Shown here: in pieces, positions 32,189-43,798 of the stretch
Layout: every line of letters begins with the position of its first letter
Numbering within the stretch: the first letter of the stretch is position 1
Made by a program: the position numbers and the translations under genes
Source: a virus
Taxonomy: Duplodnaviria; Caudoviricetes
Length of the DNA stretch: 64,000 nucleotides
Virus record (IMG/VR): IMGVR_UViG_3300025640_001000
Strand: one strand, 5' to 3'
The notes under the pieces: model-generated
Databases searched by the model: none
What the model was told of the DNA's origin: nothing
Seen by the model: only the letters and a program-made list of their open reading frames with translations

Positions 32189-35100
32189 ATGGTACGATAC
32201 GGAGACATTGTAAATCCCAATGGAATACCTGATGCAAATGATGTACAAGCATTATTGAATTATATTAAACAAGGAACTTTACCTTCCGAGGGAAGCATCA
32301 ATTTTATTTTAAGTAACATCACGCAAAAAGAATCATATGTAGGTCCTGGTTTCTTTGAAGTATTATATTTAACAAAAAATCGCAACACCACAGACTATAC
32401 AGGTCCTGGTTATGAACTTGGTTTAGCATCTGGTAAAGGAAAAAGCATAGATGCAACCGAAAACAAGTTCATTGCATCATTTCCTTATGCGAAAGTCCAA
32501 AATTTATTTACAGACGATGAATATGCAGGTATCGCAAAAATTTATTCAAAAAATTTAGGAACAGGAAAATACGAAGAAAGTGATTTGCTTTTTCCAGATA
32601 CAATTACAAATCCTGATCCTGAAACGGGTGATGCACAACAAACAGTTGGAAATCATTTTCACTTTGGAGAAAATTCAGTTGCGATTGATGGTAACTTTGC
32701 CGCTGCATCTGCATTAGATGGTTCAAAACCTTATGTTTTTGTTTACGAAGATGATGGTACAGGATTTACACGCATTCATACTTTATCAAGTTTCAGTTCA
32801 AGTTCATCAGCTGCTCCAACGGTAGAAATTTCCGGTAATCGTTTGTTTGTTGGAGATTATACCAACAATAAAGTTTATGTTTATAGTATAATTTTACTGA
32901 AATCCTCGGACGAAGCTAGCAAAACAATAAGTATAGAAACTTCAACAGATGTGTCTTTGTTTGGTCAAACACTTGTATGTAAAGATGAAACTAATTTATT
33001 TATAGGTAATCCAACGGAACTGGTTGACTATTCATCACCGGTCGATTTTAAAGCAACAACGGGTGTTGTGTATCACTATGCATTTGAAACTAATGCATGG
33101 AATTTAAAAAACACATTGCTTCCGGTGTTTGCTTCCGAACCAAATGCAATAGACAATGCAGGAATGTATGGACCATCCGGAGGTGTGACCGAATATGATC
33201 TTGATTCAAAATTCGGATCGTATTTGGATGTCAAGGAGAAGGACGGTTCAACAATTTATGTAGCAGTAGGTTCACCCAATTGGTATCAAGATTCAAATGC
33301 AGAACAACTTGATAATCGTGAAGGTGCTATTTTTGTATACGAAGTTACTACATCAAGTGCGACTTTAATAAAATCAATAACCAAATCGTCTGTGGCAAGT
33401 GGTTCTGTTCTGGTCAACTATGAATTGGGTACAGGTGTATCATTGGGTGAAAATTACCATTTATATTCAATTTACAACAAAGATGAAGGATCGATATTAA
33501 AATTCAATTCATCGGTAGATGACGGAACTCGTAACTGGGCAACTGGTGCTGAATTGATTAATTTGCAAAACGCAGGACTTACGGGTGGTGATCTTGCCAT
33601 AGATTCCACCGACTTGGTATACGGAAATGCAATAGCAACAAATTCATTGCGAGTAGTTTATACAGGTGCTTCCAACGATGTTGGTACATTCTCAAAATTG
33701 AATTTAAGAAAACTTAATTTGTCTGCTTCATTTCTTAAAAAAAATAATGAGTTGAAATCATTTTCAATTAACAATGTTCCTGCGTGTTGTGATGGATTTG
33801 AAAATAGCATAAGCACACATGGAGATGGAGATGAACGACCAAATGTTGCGGGAATAAGTGTTCAGTTTTTTGAAGATGGTGGTAGTTTGTGCTTTCACAA
33901 TTTAAACATTGATGGTTTAAGTAATCCATATGGTGTTCGTATTGACATGGGCAACAAAGTTGTTTACGGAAAAATAAAAGCAACCGGTAAATTCCAAAAC
34001 AACGAAGTGCTTTATATTTCACCTACACAAAAGAAATATCGTGGACAACTTACAAGCAATTCAGGATTTGAAAACATTTTAGCATTTGAAGGAAATTGCA
34101 CTGTAGAACCAACTCCAACTCCAACTCCAACAAATGATGGAGTGATTGATGACGCAACACCACAAACTCCAACACCAACTTCTGAGTTGATTGAAACACC
34201 AACTCCCACTCCAATTGTTTACGAAACCACTAAAAATCTGTTGGAAATTCATAACATTGATATGAATAAAACGGGATTGTATAATCAACGTCAAAAAATT
34301 GCTTCTATAAACGGAGATTTGGAAACGGCAATCAACGCAGATAAAAATGAATATATTCAATTCAATTCAGATACAGGTCAATACGACTTTGTATATGATG
34401 CTAATATCAACTTGGCAAAATATCCGTCTGTGTCAGTCGCAGGAGGTTCTGGTGGATTTGCATATCAACTTATAATTGCTTTAAAACAACCCATCACAAT
34501 TCCAAAAAATTCAAAAGTAAATGCACACTTTGTTCCTATTAATGTGTCGTTTGGAACTGCCGGTGGTGCAAAAAATACTCAAACAAACAAATCACCAATG
34601 TCAGGATCATCTACATTGGAACTAGAATCACTGAGTGCAACTGCTCACACTTGGCCTGGATGTGTATGTTGTCCATTTTATTCGTTTGCATTAGAAGAAA
34701 ATCTCGGAAGTTCAGTTGTTCAAAAAGATTATATAAGCATAAAATATTTAGCAATAGGAGGATTTGTCGGAGGATGCAACGGAAAACCAAATTACTTTGC
34801 TAGATTGCAATCAATTGCAATTACTAGTCCTGACATCAAACCACCCACTCCAACACCCACTATAATAGAAACTTGTACAGAATTGGAACATTGTGACAAT
34901 GTTTCTTTGAATATTCAAAGTACAAACAAAACCGTATTTGAACTTGTTCAAGATGCATCTTTGAATGATTTTAAATTTCGTCATATGAACGGAGTTCGTT
35001 TCAATGAAAATGATGCGTTGTATGGTGATACCTCAATGTACTTTGATGGTGAAGATGATTATTTGTTGTCAGATGATATGGGAAATGCAGAACCACTTCA

Positions 35101-38100
35101 GTTTGAACAAGATGACTTTACAATTGAAACTTGGATTAAGTTAGAACCTGCTCCGACTCCCACACCAACTCCCACACCAACACCAACTCCTACCGCTACA
35201 CCGACTTTAACTCCAACTCCGACTTTAACTCCAACTCCGACTTTAACTCCAACTGCGACCGTTACTCCAACTGCGACTTTAACTCCAACTCCAACCGTTA
35301 CTCCGACTGCAACGGTAACTTCAACTGATACTACCCCACCGACTCCGACACCCACACCAACAGAAACTCCATCTCCAACAGAAACTGTAACACCAACAGA
35401 AACTCCAACTGCAACCAGAACAACTTCATATACACCAACTCCAACAGGTACTCCATCACCAACCGGTACTCCAACTGCAACAGGTACTCCAACCGCAACA
35501 CCTTCTGAAACTCCAACACCAACTTGGAATCCATATAATTGCCCAATACAAATTGGAGATACCTTAGATGGCACAGACAACAGAGAACGTTTTGGAGAGA
35601 TTGCAACTATATCTTCTTCTGGAGACCGAGTGGCAATAACTTCTGTGTGGAAGAAAGTTGGTGAAAATCCATTCATGGGTGAAGTTAAGGTATATGAATC
35701 AACTGCTCCTGGTGAAACTCAATCTTGGATGCAACTAGGAGAAACTATAACAGGTGACAATTCAACTTCGGAAAGCAGTTCATTTGGTTCTTCACACGAA
35801 TTTGATAAAACTGGTGAGATACTTGCAATTGGTCACGAAAACTCTTCAACCAGAGAAAGTCCAAGTCAATTAATCAGTAACCACGGAAAAGTTAGAATAT
35901 ATAAATACAAAACGGTTACTTCCACGGAATGGAATTTATCAAATGTGTTGGATACCAATACTTCTGATAAACCTATAATTGTTAATCATGGCAAACCATA
36001 TAGTGCGAGTAAAAAATATTGGGTACAACTTGGTGGTGATTTGGGAGGAGTTTCGTCTAGTCAGGCAGGAGACGGATTTGGTAAGTCAGTTTCATTGAGT
36101 GACGATGGCAATATGCTTGTGGTTGGTTCACCTGGTGATTCGGGTACTGGAGGAAAAAAAGGAACTGGTCGTATCAATGTATTTCGTTTTCAAAACAACG
36201 AATGGCAAGACGCAGGTGATATACCAGGTAACAAAGATATACCTGATACCGTATCAACTGTTGGTAACTTTTTCGGTAATGCAGTTAAACTGAGTGGTGA
36301 TGCGTCAACATTGATAGTGGGCGCACCCCAAGGAACTCAATCAGGACCAGGTTTCATCCGTATTTTTGCTCATTCGCAAAATAATTTAAATGTAGATATA
36401 TGGACTAAAATAGGTTCTTTCGCAGGCACCTCAGATGGTCAGGGATATGGTACAGATATTTCGTGCAACTCAGATGCAACAGTTGTCGTAGTGGGTTCAC
36501 CTTACTTCAACGATTCTACCGGTAGAGTATACATTTATACAAAATCAGGTAATTCATATACAAATTCCAAAATTATTAACGGAATGCACAGTAGTTCTTT
36601 GTTTGGCAGATCAGTTGATTTAAATGAAGATGGAACGATACTTGTAGTGGGTTCACCTAATATGAACTCACGAGATTCAATTAAAACTGGTGCATCTTTG
36701 ACATATGAAAATGATGGAGTAACGTGGAATTTAATTGCAGTAACCGAGGGTGATTCCGATGATGATCTCTCCGGTACATCGGTTGGGATTAGTTCAACTG
36801 GAAAAACAATTGTGGTTGGTTCGTCCGAAAACACCACCACCTCACCAACTGGTGATCTAAACACAGGATATGCAAATGTATACGATTTGAATTGGTGTAC
36901 TGATTGGAATAACGATGGAAAATTTGGTGCAACTTCATTAAAAGCAATGTCTCGTACAACCAAGTTTGATGTGACTTCGTTTTCAACTTCAGATACATTG
37001 GATGTATTAAGTTCCGACAACATTGATTTGGAGTTATCGGGATTATACAACAAACAAAGAAAAATAGCATCATTTACAGATGGAACAATAAACAATGCAG
37101 TTTCAGCAGAACAAAACGAATTTTTGCGATACAACAATCAAACAGGACATTATGATTTTAATTACTCTGCTGATGTTTCTCTTTCACAATTTCCATATGT
37201 ATCTGAACCAGAAGGTGAAGGTGGATATCATTATCAATTGATTATTGCACTTAAAAATCCGATTCGCATTCCAAAGGGTGCTAAAATAAATGCAAACATC
37301 GTACCCACCATCACAGACTGGGCAGGATCAGGACAAGAGTTGTATAAAAATATGGAAACCAATGTGGTTCCTGTTAAAGCATCATCTCATGTTTCGTTGG
37401 AAACGATGCCATACAATTCGTTATCATGGACAGGATGTGTATGTTGTCCGTTTACTGCATATAAATTTGAACACAACCTCGGAAGTTCAGTTGTTCAAGG
37501 TGATTATGAAGAAGTTAGATTTTTAATGATTGATCAGGTTCTTAATGGATGCAATGCAAAACCTTCATATGAAATGAGATTGCAATCTTTGTCTATAAGA
37601 AATCCAAATCCAATTCAAACAACCAATCAAGGATGTTGTGATGAATTTACAAATCGCATAGATACATACGGAGATGGTGCAGATCGTCCCTCAGTTGAAG
37701 GTGTAAGTGTGCAATGGTTTGAATTGGGTGGTAGTTTATGCTTTCACGATGTAATAATTGATGGTTTAAGTAATCCATACGGAGTTAAAATTAATGTTGA
37801 TGGAAATACCGTTTATGGAAAAATAAAAGCAACCGGAAAATTCAAAAATAATGAAGTAGTTTATGTATCACCAAACGGATCATATTATCGTGGTAAATTA
37901 GAATCATCTCAAGGATTCAGTAATTCATTGATTTATGTGGGTGAGTGCAAATCAACCGAATTGCTTGATCGTGGATTGTCGTATCCGATTTTTAATATCG
38001 GAGGAGCAGCTGCATTAACATATGAATCGGAAAGTCGTGAACTTAGATTTCTTGAAAATTATTCGTTGGACACAACTCATAAAGTTGATGTAGGAATTGA

Positions 38101-41100
38101 ACAAAACACATGGACACATCTTATGGTGTCTCGTCATAATAATTTGATGTACTTTTATGTTAATGGAAAGCAAATTGGTGAACCATTGCAAAACGATATT
38201 TATTATGGTTATCCAACAAAACTCGAAATTGGCAGAGGATTAAACTACGAAAACAAATTAACTTATTTCAGAGGTTACATTGATTCACTTAAAATTGTTA
38301 AACGTCATGTAAAATATGGATGTGAATTTGAACCTGGATATTTTGGAAATTGTGAAAGTGATGTACTTCCAACTCCAACTCCAACTCCAACTCCCACACC
38401 AACTCCCACTCCAACTCCGACACCAACTCCGACTCCTGTTCCTGAAAAGACATTAAGAATTTATAGTAACTATAAAGATACTGCAAATATAGTGATCGTC
38501 AACGGAAAGCAAACACAAGTTGATGACTTTTATGAATTTTCCTTGTTACCTGGATCTAAAATTGAATTTATTCCAACTACAAATCATTCATACATTTTTA
38601 AACAATTGCATGGTGATACAAGTTGGTTGATTAAAAATAAAGGTGTTATGCCCAATTATGATGTAGATATTCGTTTTGAATATGCAACATATGATCCCAA
38701 AGATTACATGACTAATTGTGAAGATAAATGTCCATGTGATGAACCAGAATTTGAAAAACCGATAAATGTTGTACCAAATCCAAGGCAATCATTGATCTTC
38801 CACGAACATTTGGATCAAAAGAAAGTATTTGAACGAGATGAAGAATTTGAAGCATCATTACCAGGAACACCTGGTATCACGTGTGAGTATGAAGTGGGTA
38901 TGCGAGTTAGTGGACCGATTATCCGAAATTCAAAAACCGATAGTGCATATATTTGGAGAGACTTGATATTAATAAGAAACAACAAATATGTTTTTAATTT
39001 TGAAAATAACGAATCTATTATCAAATTGTACGACAAACATGGTGTAGAACTAACTGAATTACAGGGAGTGTATTCTTCGGAAGAGTGGGTATATCCTCTT
39101 ATAGTTATGCCAAACGACAGAACTCCTGATTTCATAGAATACAGATTATTTGAAAAAGATATGGGTCACGGTGATATTATGGTTAAAAACTTAAACCACA
39201 TTGCTGGTTTGGTTACTGCGTACAATTATGTATTTGGTTCAAAAACAGAGATTGCAATTGAAAATGGAGAACTACTAACTAGTTCACGTAAAAATGGTGT
39301 ATACTACGTAGGAATAACTGAGTATGTAGATTTAAACGAAGTATCTATAACTTCATCAAGTGGTCAGGAACCCAATTTACAAGAAACCAATAGTTTAAAT
39401 TACAAGAATGTTTCTGGATATCTGGATACAAACTTGATAACTACAATGTTCTCAGAGTTGCTTGTGGAAGTGGGCAATTACAGAAAAACTCATATAGAGT
39501 TGTCAAGATTCTTGGGACTTCGTCCTGGTAAGAACTTATTAAAATTAGATTATATGAGTACATTTATGTGGACAGACCATTTAAATTTACATGAGTTGAC
39601 CAAAATTTTACTTTTAAATTTATTGTTTGAATATGCTCACAAATTTAATCAGTTTGATAAACTAATGGAAATTCTAATAAATCGTATTACAAAATCAAAT
39701 CAATCATTTAAATACGAAGACGATTATTATATCAAAGACTTGCTTACCTCCGCAGAATTGGATGCAAGATTCGCAGAAGTTTTCTCAGTTGTGTATGTAA
39801 AGATTATCGGTAACATACATTCTGAAGACGGTCTTGGTAATTTATATTCATCTATAAAACTCATTAAAACTGAGATTCTAAACAAAGAAAATTATTCTGT
39901 TTATATTTTCCATGATAAATTCCGTGAAAACATGAACTCACTTTCTTACTTAGGAACATCTCAGTTGATGATGCCTGAGTATGTTTTATTAAGTTCCGAG
40001 AGATGTACAAATTCTCAACTTGGTAATTACGTGATAAAGAAATTTGATGACTTGCTTACGCATCCGATGTTTAATAAAAACGAACCATCTGATAAGATGC
40101 TGAAACACATGACACATCAAACATTAAGAATATCAGCATTCAAACAATCTTTTTGTTATACTATACTACCTGTTCCATATAATTTGTATGGTATTTACGA
40201 TGACATAGAATCATATCAAATTCTTGACAATTACGATGATGCAGATGATTGTTGTGAGATTGTCAGTATCAATGAAACTTACATGGATAATGTAAAACCA
40301 CAAATTCAAGAAAATGAAGTGGGTATCTTCAAATTTATCGAAGCAGGTACTTCGTACAAAATGCTACATTTCCCAATCACCACTTTCAATTTACCTGTGG
40401 AAAAAATAAATCATAATCGTTTTCGTGTGTATATCGATGCGAAAATTGATTTAACGCAAGTTTCACATTCAGTTCCTGGATACATAACAACTTCAAGAGG
40501 AACTGCAAGTAATCTTGGATTCAAATCTATTGATGTAGGATACAATTCAAATCATCATAAACGTGAAGTGCATAACACTCAACTTGCAAGAGAAACCGTA
40601 TCAATTCTTACCACTTGGATGATGCAAGATGGATATTTGAATATTGTAACAGATACATCAATTGAATTACAAATCGGTCAATTTATTACAATTCGCAACT
40701 CAACCAACAACTCAGTTCTCAACGGAACACATCGTATAAGTGAGGTATCAAACAATTCGTTTGTAATAAACTTTAGAGTTCCTGTGAATATGACTATGGC
40801 TGATATGCAAAATACTACTGCCGAATTTGATATGCTTACATTCACAAAAATTTATTGTAATGTTGAGGGTCTTGTAGTTGGAGATGAATTGGTGTTTGAT
40901 TATGCAAGTGGCAACGGAAAAACATTTCCAATTGTTGGTGTATCACAAGATGATGCTGGGGTTTATGCTTTGATTGATGGAGTTCTTGACCACGAACCTA
41001 GTTTCGTTATCAAAAGTGGTTATGACATAGAACCAGAAAATCATGTAATTTTTACCCATGAAGGAAGAAGCACTTATTACGAAGTAACCAACACAGACAT

Positions 41101-41203
41101 TCTCAAAGAATCATTGTGGTTGAGTCATTTACCAGATTCAACGGATGAAGGTAGATTTGGTAATACTGTTTCGTTCATTGAGATATTTATTAACGACATT
41201 TAA
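32189..41203 (+). CDS. 3004-aa giant modular protein: N-terminal dockerin-like loop, 2 FG-GAP-like beta-propellers, 2 CC modules, 2 CxCCP modules, split LamG, long PT linkers, C-terminal structural region
   Basis: [23 protein letters not shown]; seven FG-x-(S/A)V-x-(L/I)S-x-DG-x-x-(L/V)VVG(S/A)P-type blades; GCVCCPF x2; FTIETWIK ... [26 protein letters not shown]. Confidence 0.8.
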   Translation: MVRYGDIVNPNGIPDANDVQALLNYIKQGTLPSEGSINFILSNITQKESYVGPGFFEVLYLTKNRNTTDYTGPGYELGLASGKGKSIDATENKFIASFPYAKVQNLFTDDEYAGIAKIYSKNLGTGKYEESDLLFPDTITNPDPETGDAQQTVGNHFHFGENSVAIDGNFAAASALDGSKPYVFVYEDDGTGFTRIHTLSSFSSSSSAAPTVEISGNRLFVGDYTNNKVYVYSIILLKSSDEASKTISIETSTDVSLFGQTLVCKDETNLFIGNPTELVDYSSPVDFKATTGVVYHYAFETNAWNLKNTLLPVFASEPNAIDNAGMYGPSGGVTEYDLDSKFGSYLDVKEKDGSTIYVAVGSPNWYQDSNAEQLDNREGAIFVYEVTTSSATLIKSITKSSVASGSVLVNYELGTGVSLGENYHLYSIYNKDEGSILKFNSSVDDGTRNWATGAELINLQNAGLTGGDLAIDSTDLVYGNAIATNSLRVVYTGASNDVGTFSKLNLRKLNLSASFLKKNNELKSFSINNVPACCDGFENSISTHGDGDERPNVAGISVQFFEDGGSLCFHNLNIDGLSNPYGVRIDMGNKVVYGKIKATGKFQNNEVLYISPTQKKYRGQLTSNSGFENILAFEGNCTVEPTPTPTPTNDGVIDDATPQTPTPTSELIETPTPTPIVYETTKNLLEIHNIDMNKTGLYNQRQKIASINGDLETAINADKNEYIQFNSDTGQYDFVYDANINLAKYPSVSVAGGSGGFAYQLIIALKQPITIPKNSKVNAHFVPINVSFGTAGGAKNTQTNKSPMSGSSTLELESLSATAHTWPGCVCCPFYSFALEENLGSSVVQKDYISIKYLAIGGFVGGCNGKPNYFARLQSIAITSPDIKPPTPTPTIIETCTELEHCDNVSLNIQSTNKTVFELVQDASLNDFKFRHMNGVRFNENDALYGDTSMYFDGEDDYLLSDDMGNAEPLQFEQDDFTIETWIKLEPAPTPTPTPTPTPTPTATPTLTPTPTLTPTPTLTPTATVTPTATLTPTPTVTPTATVTSTDTTPPTPTPTPTETPSPTETVTPTETPTATRTTSYTPTPTGTPSPTGTPTATGTPTATPSETPTPTWNPYNCPIQIGDTLDGTDNRERFGEIATISSSGDRVAITSVWKKVGENPFMGEVKVYESTAPGETQSWMQLGETITGDNSTSESSSFGSSHEFDKTGEILAIGHENSSTRESPSQLISNHGKVRIYKYKTVTSTEWNLSNVLDTNTSDKPIIVNHGKPYSASKKYWVQLGGDLGGVSSSQAGDGFGKSVSLSDDGNMLVVGSPGDSGTGGKKGTGRINVFRFQNNEWQDAGDIPGNKDIPDTVSTVGNFFGNAVKLSGDASTLIVGAPQGTQSGPGFIRIFAHSQNNLNVDIWTKIGSFAGTSDGQGYGTDISCNSDATVVVVGSPYFNDSTGRVYIYTKSGNSYTNSKIINGMHSSSLFGRSVDLNEDGTILVVGSPNMNSRDSIKTGASLTYENDGVTWNLIAVTEGDSDDDLSGTSVGISSTGKTIVVGSSENTTTSPTGDLNTGYANVYDLNWCTDWNNDGKFGATSLKAMSRTTKFDVTSFSTSDTLDVLSSDNIDLELSGLYNKQRKIASFTDGTINNAVSAEQNEFLRYNNQTGHYDFNYSADVSLSQFPYVSEPEGEGGYHYQLIIALKNPIRIPKGAKINANIVPTITDWAGSGQELYKNMETNVVPVKASSHVSLETMPYNSLSWTGCVCCPFTAYKFEHNLGSSVVQGDYEEVRFLMIDQVLNGCNAKPSYEMRLQSLSIRNPNPIQTTNQGCCDEFTNRIDTYGDGADRPSVEGVSVQWFELGGSLCFHDVIIDGLSNPYGVKINVDGNTVYGKIKATGKFKNNEVVYVSPNGSYYRGKLESSQGFSNSLIYVGECKSTELLDRGLSYPIFNIGGAAALTYESESRELRFLENYSLDTTHKVDVGIEQNTWTHLMVSRHNNLMYFYVNGKQIGEPLQNDIYYGYPTKLEIGRGLNYENKLTYFRGYIDSLKIVKRHVKYGCEFEPGYFGNCESDVLPTPTPTPTPTPTPTPTPTPTPTPVPEKTLRIYSNYKDTANIVIVNGKQTQVDDFYEFSLLPGSKIEFIPTTNHSYIFKQLHGDTSWLIKNKGVMPNYDVDIRFEYATYDPKDYMTNCEDKCPCDEPEFEKPINVVPNPRQSLIFHEHLDQKKVFERDEEFEASLPGTPGITCEYEVGMRVSGPIIRNSKTDSAYIWRDLILIRNNKYVFNFENNESIIKLYDKHGVELTELQGVYSSEEWVYPLIVMPNDRTPDFIEYRLFEKDMGHGDIMVKNLNHIAGLVTAYNYVFGSKTEIAIENGELLTSSRKNGVYYVGITEYVDLNEVSITSSSGQEPNLQETNSLNYKNVSGYLDTNLITTMFSELLVEVGNYRKTHIELSRFLGLRPGKNLLKLDYMSTFMWTDHLNLHELTKILLLNLLFEYAHKFNQFDKLMEILINRITKSNQSFKYEDDYYIKDLLTSAELDARFAEVFSVVYVKIIGNIHSEDGLGNLYSSIKLIKTEILNKENYSVYIFHDKFRENMNSLSYLGTSQLMMPEYVLLSSERCTNSQLGNYVIKKFDDLLTHPMFNKNEPSDKMLKHMTHQTLRISAFKQSFCYTILPVPYNLYGIYDDIESYQILDNYDDADDCCEIVSINETYMDNVKPQIQENEVGIFKFIEAGTSYKMLHFPITTFNLPVEKINHNRFRVYIDAKIDLTQVSHSVPGYITTSRGTASNLGFKSIDVGYNSNHHKREVHNTQLARETVSILTTWMMQDGYLNIVTDTSIELQIGQFITIRNSTNNSVLNGTHRISEVSNNSFVINFRVPVNMTMADMQNTTAEFDMLTFTKIYCNVEGLVVGDELVFDYASGNGKTFPIVGVSQDDAGVYALIDGVLDHEPSFVIKSGYDIEPENHVIFTHEGRSTYYEVTNTDILKESLWLSHLPDSTDEGRFGNTVSFIEIFINDI
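35147..35524 (+). repeat. about 126-aa Pro/Thr mucin-like linker containing tandem 18-bp units (CCGACTTTAACTCCAACT)
   Basis: [14 protein letters not shown] x3..PTATVT..TPT in the translation; tandem DNA units are visible at about 35200-35300. Confidence 0.9.
38369..38443 (+). repeat. (PT)n linker
   Basis: [25 protein letters not shown]. Confidence 0.9.
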
Positions 41204-41223
41204 TTACGAGGAAAATCTTCAAG

Positions 41224-42897
41224 ATGCAAACCGTAACAACTGATTTTATAGAATTATCTCAACTTAAACAATTCTTACAAAAACATAAAAGTATAAATTT
41301 GGATGATTTGGAAAAACACAGATTCGGTCAATCTGTGTTGAACAACAAGTTTTTTCACGACTTTGACATGGACGGCAAAATAACTTTTTCTGACTATAAC
41401 ATTGCGTGGAATTGGATATTACAAGGAAAACCAACCGACATTTTTGAATTTGCGAAAAATAAAAGTGCATCACCAAGAGCATATAAATTACCTTATCAGT
41501 TTATTCAAGACAATGATGATAATATTCTATTGGATAACCGAATACCTGAATATGATTCTAATGATGGATCAGTTGTAGGAGAAGCAGTAATTTCAATGAG
41601 TGGTGAATCAACTTCAGCTGAATTTGAAGTCACAAAAAGTAGCACAAGTGAACCTTCATCTGATTTTAATAATGATGGTGAAGTAGATGATCTTGATTTA
41701 CAAATTCTTGAAGGTTACATTTTAATGCAACCAAGTACATTAGAAGAATACAATGCTAACCGAGGAAATTTTCCATTAGCAGTAAATTTACCAAGTGTTC
41801 TGACTGCGAAATTTTCGTGTGATCCTGTATACTATTATGGTGATATTGATATGTCTGGTCATGCGTTAGTAAATGATGCGGACATAGAATATTATATTGA
41901 TATATTAAATGGAACAGAACCGTTACCTGGACAAAAAACACTTGCTTTTCTATTAAGTAATACAATTCCATATGAAGCAGTAAGAACCTGTGAATTAAAC
42001 GGAAGCATTGAAAATTCAGAGATATGTGTTAAATTACAAGAAGGTGTATTTGCAAAACAAAATACACAAAGTTTTACAAGCAGTTTGTATTTTACTTTAA
42101 ATTATGATACAACACAATCATCATCAACTAATCGTGATGTATGGAGTTATTCTGATTCAGATGTAAATATTGAAATTGGTGGAAAAATCAACAATTCATG
42201 GTATATCATTGTAAAAGATTTGACACTTGACGGGAATGTCATGGATGCGTTTTATGGAACGATGCTTTATTTGTCAAAAGAAGACCCAAGTGCAACTTAT
42301 CCTTGGTGTGCAGATTGGGATTGGGATGAAGGCTACGATGACAATACTATTCCAGATGCACATAATTTCAACGGAAATTCAAGATACGAGTCAGTTTTAG
42401 AAAAACTCGATGAACCAACTTTTCAAGGAATAAGAAAATTAGTAAACGAAGTAAATCAAGGAACTTGTTCAGATGTTTACGATATGAGTACATTAAATTT
42501 TCTAAATCAAGAATCTGAAAATTATGAAGTACAAACTATTGGAGAATTTAGAAAGCAAAATGCTACTTCAAGTGGTGTGCGAAGTGATTATTTAGGTCCG
42601 GGATTTCGTCATACTTTAATGGCGTGCAATATTCGTGACGATATAGTTGCAAAAGAACTTCATAGTACCATGATGTTTAAAGTAGACTACCGAGATTATC
42701 TTATTATGAAAGAGTGGTTACGATTGGGCAATCCTGATACAAAAAATCTTCAGTCTGAAAATAGTTTAATTGATTGGTTTAATGTAAATAGCAGAGATGG
42801 TACACCAATTGCCTGTGCGCTTCCATATCAAATTTATGATTGGATAGGAACAGGATTTGCATTTGCAAATGCTTATTCCGGTGAAGAAAATCTATAA
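41224..42897 (+). CDS. multi-dockerin-like (EF-hand-type Ca-loop) protein
   Basis: DFDMDGKITFSDY, DFNNDGEVDDLDL and GDIDMSGHALVNDAD, plus degenerate KVDYRDY. Each is followed by a predicted helix, and three end in a P-x-A-x-x-LP tail. Confidence 0.7.
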   Translation: MQTVTTDFIELSQLKQFLQKHKSINLDDLEKHRFGQSVLNNKFFHDFDMDGKITFSDYNIAWNWILQGKPTDIFEFAKNKSASPRAYKLPYQFIQDNDDNILLDNRIPEYDSNDGSVVGEAVISMSGESTSAEFEVTKSSTSEPSSDFNNDGEVDDLDLQILEGYILMQPSTLEEYNANRGNFPLAVNLPSVLTAKFSCDPVYYYGDIDMSGHALVNDADIEYYIDILNGTEPLPGQKTLAFLLSNTIPYEAVRTCELNGSIENSEICVKLQEGVFAKQNTQSFTSSLYFTLNYDTTQSSSTNRDVWSYSDSDVNIEIGGKINNSWYIIVKDLTLDGNVMDAFYGTMLYLSKEDPSATYPWCADWDWDEGYDDNTIPDAHNFNGNSRYESVLEKLDEPTFQGIRKLVNEVNQGTCSDVYDMSTLNFLNQESENYEVQTIGEFRKQNATSSGVRSDYLGPGFRHTLMACNIRDDIVAKELHSTMMFKVDYRDYLIMKEWLRLGNPDTKNLQSENSLIDWFNVNSRDGTPIACALPYQIYDWIGTGFAFANAYSGEENL

Positions 42898-42926
42898 ATA
42901 ATTATTATAAAAACTATCGTAAATTG

Positions 42927-42935
42927 ATACTTATA
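42927..42935 (+). promoter_or_regulatory. putative late-promoter motif ATACTTATA at the start of the glycan island
   Basis: Lies 20 nt upstream of ATG 42956. Confidence 0.45.
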
Positions 42936-42955
42936 TTTGAACTCAATGATAAACG

Positions 42956-43780
42956 ATGGGATATGATATAATTGAAGAAAATAGGTTGCCTCAAAAAGTA
43001 GAGTCGGTGTTTTATCACTCATTTATGAGTGGTCTTGCCAACAGAATGAGAGCATGGGTAACAAATTCTGCGTTTGCGGAATATTTGGATGTTCCATTTA
43101 TTATGAAATGGAGACCCGATGATGCGTGTGGCAAAAAGAAGTTTGAGGAATTATTCGAAATTCCAGAAAATATGCAATATGAAAGTGGTCGTAGTTATCA
43201 ACCAGATTCTACTACATTGTGGGTAAAATCAAATTATCCAAATAATAAGTTTCACGAAAAATTCATTGAAGGTAACTTTAATTTAACTACATCTGAGTTT
43301 CAGGAATATGTGAATAATCAAATTCGTCACATCAAACCGTTACCACATATTCAGGTAGAAATTGACGATTATACAAAAAAATTAGATGTAGAAAATACAA
43401 TAGGACTTCATATCAGAAGAACTGATTTAAAAGAACAACATAAAACTCCTGACACTTGGTTTGATCAAAATATCAAACTGGAACTTGAAAAGAATCCAAA
43501 TGCAAGATTTTTACTTGCAACTGACAACAAGTGGACAGAAGAAAAATTTATGATGAAATACGAAGAAATTATGGTTAAAATTGATCGTGATTTTGATGAT
43601 ATACCAGGAGGAGAAATTTACCCAGGAGGTCATCGTCATCGTCATTCTCCAACTGAGCAAGGTTTAGTTGATATGTTGCTTCTTGGAAAAACACAAAGAG
43701 TGTACGGATGCCACGGAAGCAGTTTTGGTCGTTTCGGTGCATGGTTTGGTAGAAAAAAGTTTATTTTGTCGGATTTATAA
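42956..43780 (+). CDS. fucosyltransferase-like glycosyltransferase (GT11/GT23/O-FucT fold)
   Basis: GDP-sugar-binding motifs SGLANRMR, IGLHIRRTD, FLLATDN and DMLLL..GSSFG. Confidence 0.75.
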   Translation: MGYDIIEENRLPQKVESVFYHSFMSGLANRMRAWVTNSAFAEYLDVPFIMKWRPDDACGKKKFEELFEIPENMQYESGRSYQPDSTTLWVKSNYPNNKFHEKFIEGNFNLTTSEFQEYVNNQIRHIKPLPHIQVEIDDYTKKLDVENTIGLHIRRTDLKEQHKTPDTWFDQNIKLELEKNPNARFLLATDNKWTEEKFMMKYEEIMVKIDRDFDDIPGGEIYPGGHRHRHSPTEQGLVDMLLLGKTQRVYGCHGSSFGRFGAWFGRKKFILSDL

Positions 43781-43798
43781 GTTGAAAGGAGATGTTGT

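Noticed and set aside
35147-37960. Inteins or introns explaining the nested inserts
   Set aside because: No C/S1...HN-C/S/T splice motifs or homing endonuclease are visible. The inserts consist of ordinary modules found elsewhere in the locus.
972-42897. True cellulosome with glycoside hydrolases
   Set aside because: No recognisable catalytic GH, PL or CE domains and no signal peptides are evident in the modular proteins.
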